Source of the DNA: an uncultured Acidobacteriota bacterium
GTDB lineage: Bacteria > Acidobacteriota > Thermoanaerobaculia > Thermoanaerobaculales > Sulfomarinibacteraceae
Assembly: GCA_963814875.1 (NCBI GenBank)
Contig: CAWFFJ010000019.1
Location: forward strand, 67,482-131,481
DNA: 64,000 nt
Reading direction: 5' to 3'
The notes beneath the pieces were generated by a model that worked only from the letters and a program-made list of their open reading frames with translations, was not told the DNA's origin and ran no database searches. The position numbers were made by a program, and so were the translations under genes. Positions 9,578 to 18,640 of the stretch are shown piece after piece. Position 1 is the stretch's first letter. The number at the start of each line of letters is the position of its first letter.

Positions 9578-10942
9578 CTACTGACCACCGCCGTCGAGGG
9601 CGGTCCGGGCCTGCTGCGCCGCCATCTCCGGGGACGGCAGGCCAAGTCGTGCGGACTCCGGCACCTCGCGCACCGAGGACGAGCGCAGCGCCGTCAACAC
9701 CTCACGGTGCTCCCGCCGGGCGCGCTGCGGCCACCCGAGACGCTCGAAGCAACCGGCAAGGAGCGCCCGGAACTGGAACAGCCCCGGTTCCAGGTAGAGC
9801 GCCGCCCGGTAGGCCTGGATCGCACCCTCCACATCTCCGCCCCGGTCCAGGCACACCCCGTGCAGCGCGCGCAGCACCGCATCGTCGGGCATTTGCACAA
9901 CCGCGGCCGTCGCGAGAGCGAGGGCCGCCTCCACGCTGCCCTCGGCGAGCGCTTCCACGATGGCCGGTCGAGGTGCCGGGGCAGGCTCCTCGACGTCGGG
10001 CGGTCTGCGGCGGCGCGGCGGTCGCTGTGGGCCGCCAGCTGCCGGCGGCGCCGGAGCAGGAGTCGGAACGAGCGCGCGATGCTCCCTCCTGGCGTCCGGG
10101 TTCCTGGTCCTGTAGGCAAAGCACCCGTCAAGATCGACCGCTTCAAGGCCGGTGTCGAGCCGGAGCAGCGATTCGCTCGGCCCGAGGAACAGCCAGCCGT
10201 CCGGCGCCAGCGCTGCGGCTACGGCGCGGACCACACGTTCCTGGGACTCTTCGCTAAAGTAGATGAGAACGTTGCGGAGAAACACGACGTCCCACGGCAC
10301 CCAGGGCAGCTCCAGCGGCTCCCGAACCAAGTTCAGCGGCCGGAAGTCGATTCGCTCCAGCAGCCGGCCGTCGAGCCGCCACCGGTCGCCCCGACGCTCG
10401 AAGTGCCGAGCGAGCATCTCTGGAGGAACCCTGGCCACTGCTCGAGCACCAAACAGGCCGGTTCGCGCCTCGTCAAGCGCCTGCTCGTCAACATCGGTGG
10501 CGAGAATGCGCCAGCCGCGCCCGACGAGACGGCGGGACTCACTCAGCACCACCGCGAGGGTGGCGGCCTCCTCCCCTCGCGCACATCCGGCCGACCAGAC
10601 CCGCAGCTCGGCTCCGGGCGGCCGACGGGCCAGCAGCTCGGGGAGAACAACCCCCTCGAGAACAGCGAACTGACGAGAGGCACGAAAGAGGTAGGACTCC
10701 TTGACAGTCAGGCGGTCGAGCAAGGCCCGCCATTCCTCGTGTGCGGGGCCGATCGCGAGGTATCTGACGTAGCTCTCGAGATCGCGACAGTGCGCGGCGT
10801 GGAAGCGTGCACGGGCGGCCGATTCGACCCGCGAGCGGTCGCGCGCCGGGACCACGATTCCGCTCGCCTCCTCGATCAGGCTGATCAGGCGATCGAGCGC
10901 ACCCTCACCTTTCGGAGGCTCGGCGCCTCGGTCGGGCCTCAT
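9578..10942 (-). CDS. cheR: chemotaxis protein methyltransferase CheR with C-terminal TPR region
   Basis: CheR signature regions are present (LTVKESYLFRASRQF; LRVWSAGCARGEEAATLAVVL; VVFLRNVLIYF). A C-terminal TPR-like tail follows. The start overlaps the cheB stop by 4 nt (ATGA). Confidence 0.9.
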   Translation of the reverse strand: MRPDRGAEPPKGEGALDRLISLIEEASGIVVPARDRSRVESAARARFHAAHCRDLESYVRYLAIGPAHEEWRALLDRLTVKESYLFRASRQFAVLEGVVLPELLARRPPGAELRVWSAGCARGEEAATLAVVLSESRRLVGRGWRILATDVDEQALDEARTGLFGARAVARVPPEMLARHFERRGDRWRLDGRLLERIDFRPLNLVREPLELPWVPWDVVFLRNVLIYFSEESQERVVRAVAAALAPDGWLFLGPSESLLRLDTGLEAVDLDGCFAYRTRNPDARREHRALVPTPAPAPPAAGGPQRPPRRRRPPDVEEPAPAPRPAIVEALAEGSVEAALALATAAVVQMPDDAVLRALHGVCLDRGGDVEGAIQAYRAALYLEPGLFQFRALLAGCFERLGWPQRARREHREVLTALRSSSVREVPESARLGLPSPEMAAQQARTALDGGGQ

Positions 10943-11949
10943 GGCCGCCCCGCGGCGAGCCGCGTGAGCAGCCGGCCGATAGCCTCCGGCTCGAGCTCGA
11001 GCAGCGCAGCCTCACGCTCCAGTGCGGCCCGCGGCATGCCGAAGACCGCACAGCTGTGTCGGTCCTGGGCCACGGTGAGCACGCCGGCTCGCCGCAGCTC
11101 CAGCATGCCTGTCACCCCGTCGTCGCCCATCCCGGTCAGGAGCACGGCCGCGACGTTGCCGGCCCCCAGCTCGAGGAACGACGAGAAGAGGAGATTGGCC
11201 GACGGTCGATGACCCCGGACCGGCGGCGTCAACGTGTCGTGGCGCAGCCTACCGTTCCGATCGATCACGAGGTGCGCTCCGGGCCGAGCCAGCCGAACCC
11301 GTGCCGAGGAGAGCGTCTCGCCGTCCTTGGCGACGCGGACATCGAGCCCGGTCTCGCGCGCCAGCCACTCTGCGAGCCCGGCCTCGAAGCCCGCAGCGAT
11401 GTGTTGGACGACCGCTACCGCGAGGGAAGTCCCCTTGAGCGCAGCGAGCATCGCGCGCAGCGCGACCGGACCGCCGGTGGAGGCGCCCACCGCGACGAAG
11501 CGTAGCCCGGCGGTCGCCGGCAGGCCCGACGTCTTCGGCCTCACGGCATCGCTGTCGGCGTCGGAGCGGGCGATCTGACGAACGACCTCTGCCAGGGACC
11601 GCCCGAGCTCCTGCCACTCGTCCGGCGTTTCCGGCTTGGCGAACACACCCAGTGCACCTCGGGTCAGGGTCTCGAATGCCAGGCGGGCGAAACGTCTCCG
11701 CCGCGGCGCGAGCACCAGGATGGGAGTCGGCCGTCTCCGAGTGATGGCCTCGGCGACAGCGACACCCCCGTCGGCGAGATCGGCGTCGAGAACCACCACG
11801 TCTGGCCGCAGCCTGGCGACCGCCCCCGCAGCCTCGGCAGGATCGCCGACGTCGCCCACCACGTCGACGCCCTCACCGGCGATCAGACGTCGCAGCAGGC
11901 TGCGGACCGTCGGCGACGCGCTGACCACGACAGCCCGGACCTCGCTCAT
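10939..11949 (-). CDS. cheB: protein-glutamate methylesterase CheB (receiver domain appears degenerate)
   Basis: The esterase triad contexts are present: AVGASTGGP, VVQHIAAGF and LTGMGDDG. The N-terminal receiver keeps LDADL and FAKP but has VVVSASP where the acidic DD pair normally sits. There is a 4-nt overlap with cheA. Confidence 0.9.
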   Translation of the reverse strand: MSEVRAVVVSASPTVRSLLRRLIAGEGVDVVGDVGDPAEAAGAVARLRPDVVVLDADLADGGVAVAEAITRRRPTPILVLAPRRRRFARLAFETLTRGALGVFAKPETPDEWQELGRSLAEVVRQIARSDADSDAVRPKTSGLPATAGLRFVAVGASTGGPVALRAMLAALKGTSLAVAVVQHIAAGFEAGLAEWLARETGLDVRVAKDGETLSSARVRLARPGAHLVIDRNGRLRHDTLTPPVRGHRPSANLLFSSFLELGAGNVAAVLLTGMGDDGVTGMLELRRAGVLTVAQDRHSCAVFGMPRAALEREAALLELEPEAIGRLLTRLAAGRP

Positions 11950-13937
11950 CGTGCCCCCAACCGGGCAACAACCGCGAGCAGCTCACGGGCCTCGAGGCCC
12001 TGCTTCGCCAGGTAGGCATCGGCACCTGCTGCGAGGCCCGCGCGGTGGTCCTCGGGGCGATTCCGGGTCGACACCACCACAACCGGCAGTTGGGCCAGCG
12101 CCGGGTTTGCACGGAGTGCTCGCGTGAGCTCGAGCCCGTTCATGTCGGGCATCTCGATGTCGGTGACTACACAGTCGAAGCCGCCGTCCTCGAGTGCACG
12201 CAGCGCTTCCTCCGCACTCCCGAACGAAGTCACCTCGAAGCCGCCGTCTTCGAGCACCCGGCGCAGCATCTCGCGGGTCACGCGCGAGTCATCCACCAAG
12301 AGCACTCGCACGGGTCCGGGCGCCTGCTGCGCCGCGACAACCTCGGAGCGCACGCCGGTACGGCTCGCGAGATCGTGGACCGAAACCACCGGCACCGGTC
12401 TCCCGGAAGCGAGCAGCGCCATGTCCGTAAAACAGGCGGGCGCTCCCAGGCCAGGCGGTAGCGGTCTCAGCACGACCTCCTCCTCGCCGACGACGGCGTC
12501 GACCGCGAGCGCTATCCGGACGCCGCCGAAGGAGACCTCCACGTGCACCTCGTCCCGCCCGCGCAACCCGGCCAAGAGCTCCCCCAGCGAGCGCACAGCT
12601 GGGGCCCCGCGGGCGGGCTCCGCAGGCGTCGCCGATCCCTTCGCGACGTGCCGGTAGGCGACAACGCCGGCCGCAGGTAGACCAACCTGAAACCCCGCCG
12701 CTGACACCACGAGGAGGCGGTCGGCGTGGCGGGTCACAGGCAACAGAAGGGTCACCTGGGTGCCGCGACCGGGCTCGGAGGCAAGCAGGACATCTCCTCC
12801 AACGTTGCGCACGGCCTCGGCGACGGCATCGAGGCCGACTCCACGCCCGGACACCGCCCCGGCGGCCTCTCGGGTCGTGAAGCCGGGGCGAAAGAGCAGC
12901 CGCAACGCGTCGTCGGGTCCGAGCGCGGCAAGCTCTTCGTCGCTCACCAGCCCGCGCGCCCGCGCCGCGTCGACGACGAGCTTCGGATCGATCCCGCGGC
13001 CGTCATCCTCGATCTCGAGCCGGACCCGCTCGCCTGCGCCGCCGGCAGTGAGACGCAGCCTGCCGGTAGCCGGCTTTCCGGCCGCGGTCCTTTCGTCGGC
13101 GGGCTCGATACCGTGATCGACCGCGTTCCGGACAAGGTGGAGCACCATTTCCTCGATCGCGGTGAGGACCCGCCGGTCGAGCTGTCCGCTGTCGGCGCTG
13201 ATCACGACCTCCACCTCTTTTCCCAGGGAGTGCGCGAGGTCGCGCGCGTGGCGTCCGACGGCAATGAGGAAAGGCTTGAGCGGCTGCAACTGGAGCCCGA
13301 TCAGAGCGTTGAGCTGACGGTCGACAAGCCGGCTCAGGCGACGCTCGCCGCCCTCGAGCTCAAACGCCGCCCGGCGCAGCAACGAGGCGAGCGTGGCGAG
13401 TACTTGCTCGGGGGACTCATCCGCCATGCCCCTCTCTGCAAGCCGTGAGAGCTCGAAGATCCGGTCCTTCACCCCACCCGCTGCCACCGCCAGGACCCGC
13501 ATCCTGGACGCCCGGTCGGCGAGCCGGTCGAGTACCGCCGCGCCCACCCGCATCTGCGTCTGATCCGATGGGGTACGGGATCCCTTGCGTAGCGCGGGCG
13601 GCGCTGCGTCGGTCGTTGCACTGCCGAGCTCGGGGACGGCGGCCTGCCGCCGTTGCGCCAAAAGCCCGGCCAGACCGTCGATCACTGCGACCAGGGAGAC
13701 GACCACCTCCGAGCCGCCCTTCTCGACCAGCGTCTCCGCATCGTGGCAGAGATCTGACATCTCGACCAGGCCCATCATCCGGCTCGCCCCTTTGAGGGCA
13801 TGAAGCTCGCGCTTAACGACCGCAGCCGCCTCGTCGTCCTCCGTGACCCGCGACGCGAGCTCGGCCAGGTGCTCGAGCCGGTCCTCCGCCTCGTCGAGAA
13901 AGAGCGGAATCAGATCGTCGAAGTCGCCTGCCTGCAT
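11946..13937 (-). CDS. cheA: hybrid CheA histidine kinase with C-terminal receiver domain
   Basis: An HPt motif (ELHALKGASRMMGL) is followed by HATPase motifs (HLVRNAVDHGIE, EDDGRGID, GRGVGLDAV) and a CheW-like P5 domain. A canonical REC follows (VLLVDDSRV...VVTDIEMPDMNG...VVVSTR...YLAKQ). Confidence 0.92.
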   Translation of the reverse strand: MQAGDFDDLIPLFLDEAEDRLEHLAELASRVTEDDEAAAVVKRELHALKGASRMMGLVEMSDLCHDAETLVEKGGSEVVVSLVAVIDGLAGLLAQRRQAAVPELGSATTDAAPPALRKGSRTPSDQTQMRVGAAVLDRLADRASRMRVLAVAAGGVKDRIFELSRLAERGMADESPEQVLATLASLLRRAAFELEGGERRLSRLVDRQLNALIGLQLQPLKPFLIAVGRHARDLAHSLGKEVEVVISADSGQLDRRVLTAIEEMVLHLVRNAVDHGIEPADERTAAGKPATGRLRLTAGGAGERVRLEIEDDGRGIDPKLVVDAARARGLVSDEELAALGPDDALRLLFRPGFTTREAAGAVSGRGVGLDAVAEAVRNVGGDVLLASEPGRGTQVTLLLPVTRHADRLLVVSAAGFQVGLPAAGVVAYRHVAKGSATPAEPARGAPAVRSLGELLAGLRGRDEVHVEVSFGGVRIALAVDAVVGEEEVVLRPLPPGLGAPACFTDMALLASGRPVPVVSVHDLASRTGVRSEVVAAQQAPGPVRVLLVDDSRVTREMLRRVLEDGGFEVTSFGSAEEALRALEDGGFDCVVTDIEMPDMNGLELTRALRANPALAQLPVVVVSTRNRPEDHRAGLAAGADAYLAKQGLEARELLAVVARLGAR

Positions 13938-13957
13938 GTCCCGCCGCCGCGCCGAGG

Positions 13958-15592
13958 TCAGATCCGGGTCCAGTTGCGGGCGTTGACGTCGAGACCGAGG
14001 ACACCAATCATCGAACCGTCATCGTCGCGAACACCCGCCGCGATGGTAAAGCAGGGATCGCCGGTCAGCAGCGACTCATAGAGCGGCGTCACCGCCGTTC
14101 GACCGGTCCGCATCACGGCCTGGAACCAGGGCCGCTCGGCATAGAGCTGCCCGACCATGACCGAGCCCGGCATCCGGTCCTCGCCGATGACGTCCCGGTT
14201 GGCGACATAGGCAACCATGCCGCCGCGGGTGTCGACAAGGTAGATCAGCTCCAGGTACGGGAGCGCCCGGAGGCCGTCCTCGAGACTGCCCTCGACCGCC
14301 TCGAGGTTGCCCGAGAAGTCCGCGAGTCCCTCGGCGAGGAGCAGGGCCTGGTGCTTCAGGGAGTGCACCGACTCGAGTCGGAATGACTGGCTGAGCAGCT
14401 GAATCGACAGCGCCAGGTGATTGAGGCGCTCGGCCGCACCGCTGAACTGGTTGAGGCCGCTGGCCATGCGCTGGATGACCTCGCTGACCTCGCGCAACGT
14501 CATCACCACCTGATCCGAGGCCGTGCGTTGCTCCTCGGTGGCGAGCGAGATTTCGCGCGCGGTACGTGCAGTCGTCTCGAGGGCGCTCCGCAGCTCTTCG
14601 ATCGCTGAATCGGCGGCGCGACTGCGCTCGAGCACCTCAGTGGCCGCCTTGCTGCCCTCCTCGGTCGCGACGACCATCGAACGGATGGCACTGGAGAACT
14701 CGTCGAGCAGCACCCGGACCGAGTCGACCGACTCGCGCGAGCGCTCGGCGAGGCGTCGCACCTCGGCCGCAACGACCCCGAACCGGTCGCCGTGGCTCCC
14801 CACCGCGGTCGCCTCGATAGCGGCGTTGAGGGCCAGCACGTGGGTCTCCTGTGCGATGTCGGTGATCAGGTCGAGCACTCGGTAGATTTCGCGCGACCGA
14901 CTCCCGAGAGTGTCGGCGCGAGTCGCGATCGCCTCCATGCGAAGACGCACCGCCTCGACCCCGTCCACCGCACCGCCGACCGCCTCTGCTCCGGCGTTGC
15001 CCTCACGCTCGGCATGTGCCGCAAGGTCGGCCTGGGCGGAGGCATTGGCGGCAATCTGCCCGGCGGTCCGGGCCAGCTCCTCCATGGTGGCGGTGATCTC
15101 GACTACCGCCGCCGCCTGCTGAGACGAACCCGAGGCGAGCTCGGCCGAGGTCTCCTGGACGACCTGGGCGGAGCTTGCGACCTCGACCGAGGACGCCTGG
15201 ATCTGCTGGATCAGGCCGCCCAGGGACCGAGCCGCGACCTCGACCGCCGAAGCGAGCTCGGCGGCGAGGTCTTCGGAGCGCTCCGCCATCGCCACCAGGT
15301 CGCCCTGACGCAGCTCGGCGAACGACGCCCGCAGCGCGGTGCTCTCACCGGCATGGCGCTCACGGTCCGCCTCGGCCTGCTGCTCCGCGCGGAGCTGCGG
15401 GCGCAGCACGAACATGATGTACACCGCAATAGCCAGTGCAGCAGAGGCAAGGAATGTCTGGACCAGCCACGCCCCACCATCGTCCAGGGTTTGCGCGGCG
15501 ACGACAACCACGGCCGCGATCACTAGCGCCGCCACCAGAACTGCGAAGCCCAGCAACGCTCGCGTCCTCGCCTGACTCGATTCACCCGCCAT
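13958..15592 (-). CDS. methyl-accepting chemotaxis protein with C-terminal Cache/PAS-like domain
   Basis: ORF 13958..15856 trimmed to ATG 15592, which is preceded by GGAGG. Two N-terminal TM helices are separated by an ~8-aa loop. The MCP hairpin-tip motif is present (ETHVLALNAAIEATAVGSHGDRFGVVAAEVRRLAERS). The C-terminal ~110 aa (LIYLVDTRGGMVAY...ERPWFQAVMRTG...MIGVLGLDVN) looks Cache-like. Confidence 0.85.
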   Translation of the reverse strand: MAGESSQARTRALLGFAVLVAALVIAAVVVVAAQTLDDGGAWLVQTFLASAALAIAVYIMFVLRPQLRAEQQAEADRERHAGESTALRASFAELRQGDLVAMAERSEDLAAELASAVEVAARSLGGLIQQIQASSVEVASSAQVVQETSAELASGSSQQAAAVVEITATMEELARTAGQIAANASAQADLAAHAEREGNAGAEAVGGAVDGVEAVRLRMEAIATRADTLGSRSREIYRVLDLITDIAQETHVLALNAAIEATAVGSHGDRFGVVAAEVRRLAERSRESVDSVRVLLDEFSSAIRSMVVATEEGSKAATEVLERSRAADSAIEELRSALETTARTAREISLATEEQRTASDQVVMTLREVSEVIQRMASGLNQFSGAAERLNHLALSIQLLSQSFRLESVHSLKHQALLLAEGLADFSGNLEAVEGSLEDGLRALPYLELIYLVDTRGGMVAYVANRDVIGEDRMPGSVMVGQLYAERPWFQAVMRTGRTAVTPLYESLLTGDPCFTIAAGVRDDDGSMIGVLGLDVNARNWTRI

Positions 15593-15641
15593 CACTCGTC
15601 CTCCACTCCCGCCTCCGCCCCGTCTCCTGGGGCGCCGCGAG

Positions 15642-16067
15642 TCAGCCCTCTCGTCGAAGCTCCATCGGGTCGAAAAGCCGAAGCTCTTCGCCCTCGACCC
15701 ACACCCGGCCGGCGGCTGCGGACTGTTCGCCCGGCACTGTCGCCTTGACCTCGATCGCCTCGTCCACCGCGAGGCCGAGCAGCTGCTCGCCGGCCTCACC
15801 GGCGATCCCAACGACGACCGCGAGCCGGTTCGGAGCGACCGTTCTCTCCGCCGCACCGATCAGCACACCGAGGTCCATCACCGGGAGCGGCTCGCCGCCG
15901 AGCTGCGCGAGCCCGGCGAACCGGGGCTCGGCGCCTGGCAGGGGAAACACCTGCAGGTCGCGGACAATCCTGCGGAGGCTCGCCACCGGCAGCGCGAGAC
16001 GACAACCACCGGCCCGTACCACCAGAACGTGGTGCGGCAGGACCTTCGGACCCGAGTCAGGACACAT
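15642..16067 (-). CDS. cheW: CheW-like coupling protein
   Basis: A single CheW-like domain (HHVLVVRAGGCRLALPVASLRRIV...FAGLAQLGGEPLPVMDLGVLIG...). The start is ambiguous between ATG 16067 and GTG 16100. Confidence 0.8.
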   Translation of the reverse strand: MCPDSGPKVLPHHVLVVRAGGCRLALPVASLRRIVRDLQVFPLPGAEPRFAGLAQLGGEPLPVMDLGVLIGAAERTVAPNRLAVVVGIAGEAGEQLLGLAVDEAIEVKATVPGEQSAAAGRVWVEGEELRLFDPMELRREG

Positions 16068-16119
16068 CTTCGGCTCAGGATAGCACCCGGAAAACAGCAC
16101 ACCGGGGCGCGGCGTCGCG

Positions 16120-16962
16120 TCAGGTCCGGGGCGCTGATGCCACCGAGCCCTCTGCGGCCGGGTCGACCTCCCAGGCGAGCTGGGAACCCCGGCTCGAGTG
16201 GGGGATCAGGAACACCGCCATCATCACCGCCCAGCCGAGCGCGACCGCGAGCCGGTTCGACCGCCGCCGGAGTGCGAGCACGGCAGCCGGCAACCACGCC
16301 AGGACCGCTGCCAGCGTCTTGGTGTCGGTGAGGTCCTCCCCCACCGGCCAGCCGGTCCAGAAGGCGCCGAAGGCGAAGCGCTGGACAATGGGGCCGAGCA
16401 CGAGACCCCCGATGACCATCAGCACGGCGGCGACGAGCACCGGCCCCCGGACCGAGCGGGGTCCCGGGCGCAGAGCGGCGAACAACGCCCGGGTGGCGAC
16501 CAGCATGCCCGTGAACATCGCCAGGATGTGCGGGATCAGGACCCTCGCGGGGACGGCCCCCTTGAAACGCGCCACCGCAGAGCTGTCGGCGGGCACCATC
16601 ACTTTCCGCGCGCCGTCGCCGAGCACCAGTCGGTACTCGACCTTTCCCGCCGGCGGCTGGTGTGGAACCTCGGCGCGCAGTCCCTGCGACGAGGCGGTCA
16701 TCAGCACCTCCTGCCATGGCTCCTCTGTCGGGAATCTCCGCCACAGCAGAGTCCCGGTCACACCAGCAGGGGCCGGAAGCCGAACGACCAACCCGCCGGC
16801 GCCGCCGTGGGAGCGCGGCAGCCGAAAGGCGACGTCATGACCGTGAAGCTCGACCCGCCCTGTGATCGGGTGCGTCGGACCCGTCAGACGCTGGAAGACG
16901 GCCAGGGCGAGCGTCAGAAGCAATGCCGCGAGCCACGGTGCAACGGCGCGAAACTGTCCCAC
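16120..16962 (-). CDS. hypothetical polytopic membrane protein (N-terminal extracytoplasmic beta-rich region plus ~4 TM helices)
   Basis: 280 aa. It has an N-terminal TM/signal (VAPWLAALLLTLALAVF) and several C-terminal hydrophobic helices. It is on the same strand as cheW and 20 nt upstream of it. No family is recognised. Confidence 0.55.
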   Translation of the reverse strand: MGQFRAVAPWLAALLLTLALAVFQRLTGPTHPITGRVELHGHDVAFRLPRSHGGAGGLVVRLPAPAGVTGTLLWRRFPTEEPWQEVLMTASSQGLRAEVPHQPPAGKVEYRLVLGDGARKVMVPADSSAVARFKGAVPARVLIPHILAMFTGMLVATRALFAALRPGPRSVRGPVLVAAVLMVIGGLVLGPIVQRFAFGAFWTGWPVGEDLTDTKTLAAVLAWLPAAVLALRRRSNRLAVALGWAVMMAVFLIPHSSRGSQLAWEVDPAAEGSVASAPRT

Positions 16963-16970
16963 GAGCCGGG

Positions 16971-16976
16971 ATTATA
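16971..16976 (-). promoter_or_regulatory. candidate -10 element (TATAAT) 8 nt upstream of the GTG start at 16962
   Basis: The minus strand reads ...gacccgTATAATcccggctcGTGgga. It is a perfect -10 consensus with no SD between it and the start. I found no convincing -35. Confidence 0.4.
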
Positions 16977-17014
16977 CGGGTCGAGGCCATCCCGCCGTGG
17001 TAGCCTCGCGCGGG

Positions 17015-17803
17015 ATGACCACGGCGTCGTCGCCTTCACCGTCCGCGATCGAGTCCCTCGCGCTGCGCCTGCCCGGCGACGATCGCAGCGACGACGAGCG
17101 ATGCCGCCTCGCCCGGCTGGTGATTCTGCTCGCCTGGCTGCCGCTACCGCCCTCCGGGCAGCGCCTGTTCCCCCTCTTCACGTCACTCCAGGACCTACTT
17201 CGCTCGTCCCTCCACAACGGCAACGGCGAGTCGATCGAGGAGGCATTCCTCGAGCTCTACTGCCACCTGCACATGCACGAGGCGCCCTATACCCCCAAGG
17301 AACGGCGGGTGGTTGACGCGAGCGGCGGCTACTGGGCGCATGCCGGAGGCATCAGCCCACTGCTGCGGGCGGGACGGTGGATCTCACCACAGACGGTGAG
17401 CGCCGACTACGGCGCCGGCAACGGCCTCCAGGGTCTGCTGCTGCAGTGGCTCGACCCCCACGCTCTGACGGTCCAGATCGAGATCTCGAGCCGGATGGTG
17501 GCGATCGGCCGAAGGCTCGCCGGTTGGCTCGGCATTCCTCCCGAGCGCCTGCGCTGGCTCGTGGCCGACGTCCGCGACGTGCCGCCGGTCGGTCTCGACT
17601 TCATCTACCTCTATCGCCCGCTCCGCCCGGAGGGGCCCGGCGACGCCTTCTACCGCAACTTCGCCGCCACCCTCGAGGCGCAGCCGCGGCCCGTGGTCGT
17701 GTTCAGTGTTGCGGACTGCCTGCGCGGCTACCTGTCCGATCGCTTCGAGCTGCTGTCCAGCGACGGTCACCTCACGTGCGTGCGCGGCCCTGTCAACCAC
17801 TGA
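17015..17803 (+). CDS. putative class I SAM-dependent methyltransferase-like protein
   Basis: ORF 16862..17803 trimmed to ATG 17015 (MTTASSPSPS...). It has a glycine-rich motif-I-like segment (SADYGAGNGLQGLLL) and an acidic motif-II-like segment (LVADVRDV). The assignment is weak. Confidence 0.45.
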   Translation: MTTASSPSPSAIESLALRLPGDDRSDDERCRLARLVILLAWLPLPPSGQRLFPLFTSLQDLLRSSLHNGNGESIEEAFLELYCHLHMHEAPYTPKERRVVDASGGYWAHAGGISPLLRAGRWISPQTVSADYGAGNGLQGLLLQWLDPHALTVQIEISSRMVAIGRRLAGWLGIPPERLRWLVADVRDVPPVGLDFIYLYRPLRPEGPGDAFYRNFAATLEAQPRPVVVFSVADCLRGYLSDRFELLSSDGHLTCVRGPVNH

Positions 17804-17938
17804 CGCATCGGCCCGCTCCGACGGTGTACGCTGCGCGACGTAGCCGCGCCGAGTCGAACTGTCATTTGGGTTCATGAACAAGAAAACATGTACATATTCA
17901 ATGGCTGCAAGAAGAGCGTCAGCGGTCTAGAATGCGCC

Positions 17939-18640
17939 ATGGTCGTGCACCGGAGTCGCGAGCCTCGGAGTGATGCCGGCGCGTGCCCGCCGAGCCGCTG
18001 GGTGGCACTGACCTTCTCCGTACTACTCCTCTTCGCCGGCACGGCGATTGCCGGCAGCGGCGGTCAGATCCTGTTCACGCCGCCGGGGAACCAGGTCCGC
18101 GCGCACGAGGTCGTCGAGCTGCGCTGGACGCCGCTTGGCGACGATGTCGACGAGCTCGAGGTGCTGCTCTCCCTCGACGGGACCTGGGAGCAGCCGCTCC
18201 GGCTGACCGGGCAGCTCGACCCCCACGCGCTGTCCTTCGAGTGGAGAGTCCCTAACCTGCCGACCGGCACCGCCAGGATCCGCATCCGGTTCGGCGGGTC
18301 CAGCGGCGAAGAGCTCGCGCCGGCGAGCGCGCCGTTCACGATTGTCGGCACCGGGTCCCGACCCGCCGCGGGGCTCTCGTGGCACCGCGCGGAATGGTGG
18401 GTCGTCGAACCGGGTGCCGCCAGCCGTTCGCGGACGAGCCGTCGGCAACCTGACGTGACCGAGGCCGCCAACCGAACCGAAACACTCGCTGCCGGGCTCG
18501 CTCCCAAGACCCCGGACGCCGGTTCGTCCGGTTCCGCAGGTCACTCCACCTCACCCTCGGGGCCCTCGGTCGCCTCGGGCAGCAGACGGGGCCTCGTCGC
18601 CCGAATCCGACAGCCGCTGACGTTCCCGATGCGGCCCTGA
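17939..18640 (+). CDS. secreted hypothetical protein with Ig-like beta domain and Ser/Gly/Pro-rich tail
   Basis: ORF 17888..18640. ATG 17939 (MVVHRS...) is preferred because a TAGAAT hexamer lies 5 nt upstream. A hydrophobic signal is present (WVALTFSVLLLFAGTAIAG). An Ig-like segment follows (VVELRWTPLGDDVDELEVLLSLDG...ARIRIRFG). Confidence 0.45.
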   Translation: MVVHRSREPRSDAGACPPSRWVALTFSVLLLFAGTAIAGSGGQILFTPPGNQVRAHEVVELRWTPLGDDVDELEVLLSLDGTWEQPLRLTGQLDPHALSFEWRVPNLPTGTARIRIRFGGSSGEELAPASAPFTIVGTGSRPAAGLSWHRAEWWVVEPGAASRSRTSRRQPDVTEAANRTETLAAGLAPKTPDAGSSGSAGHSTSPSGPSVASGSRRGLVARIRQPLTFPMRP

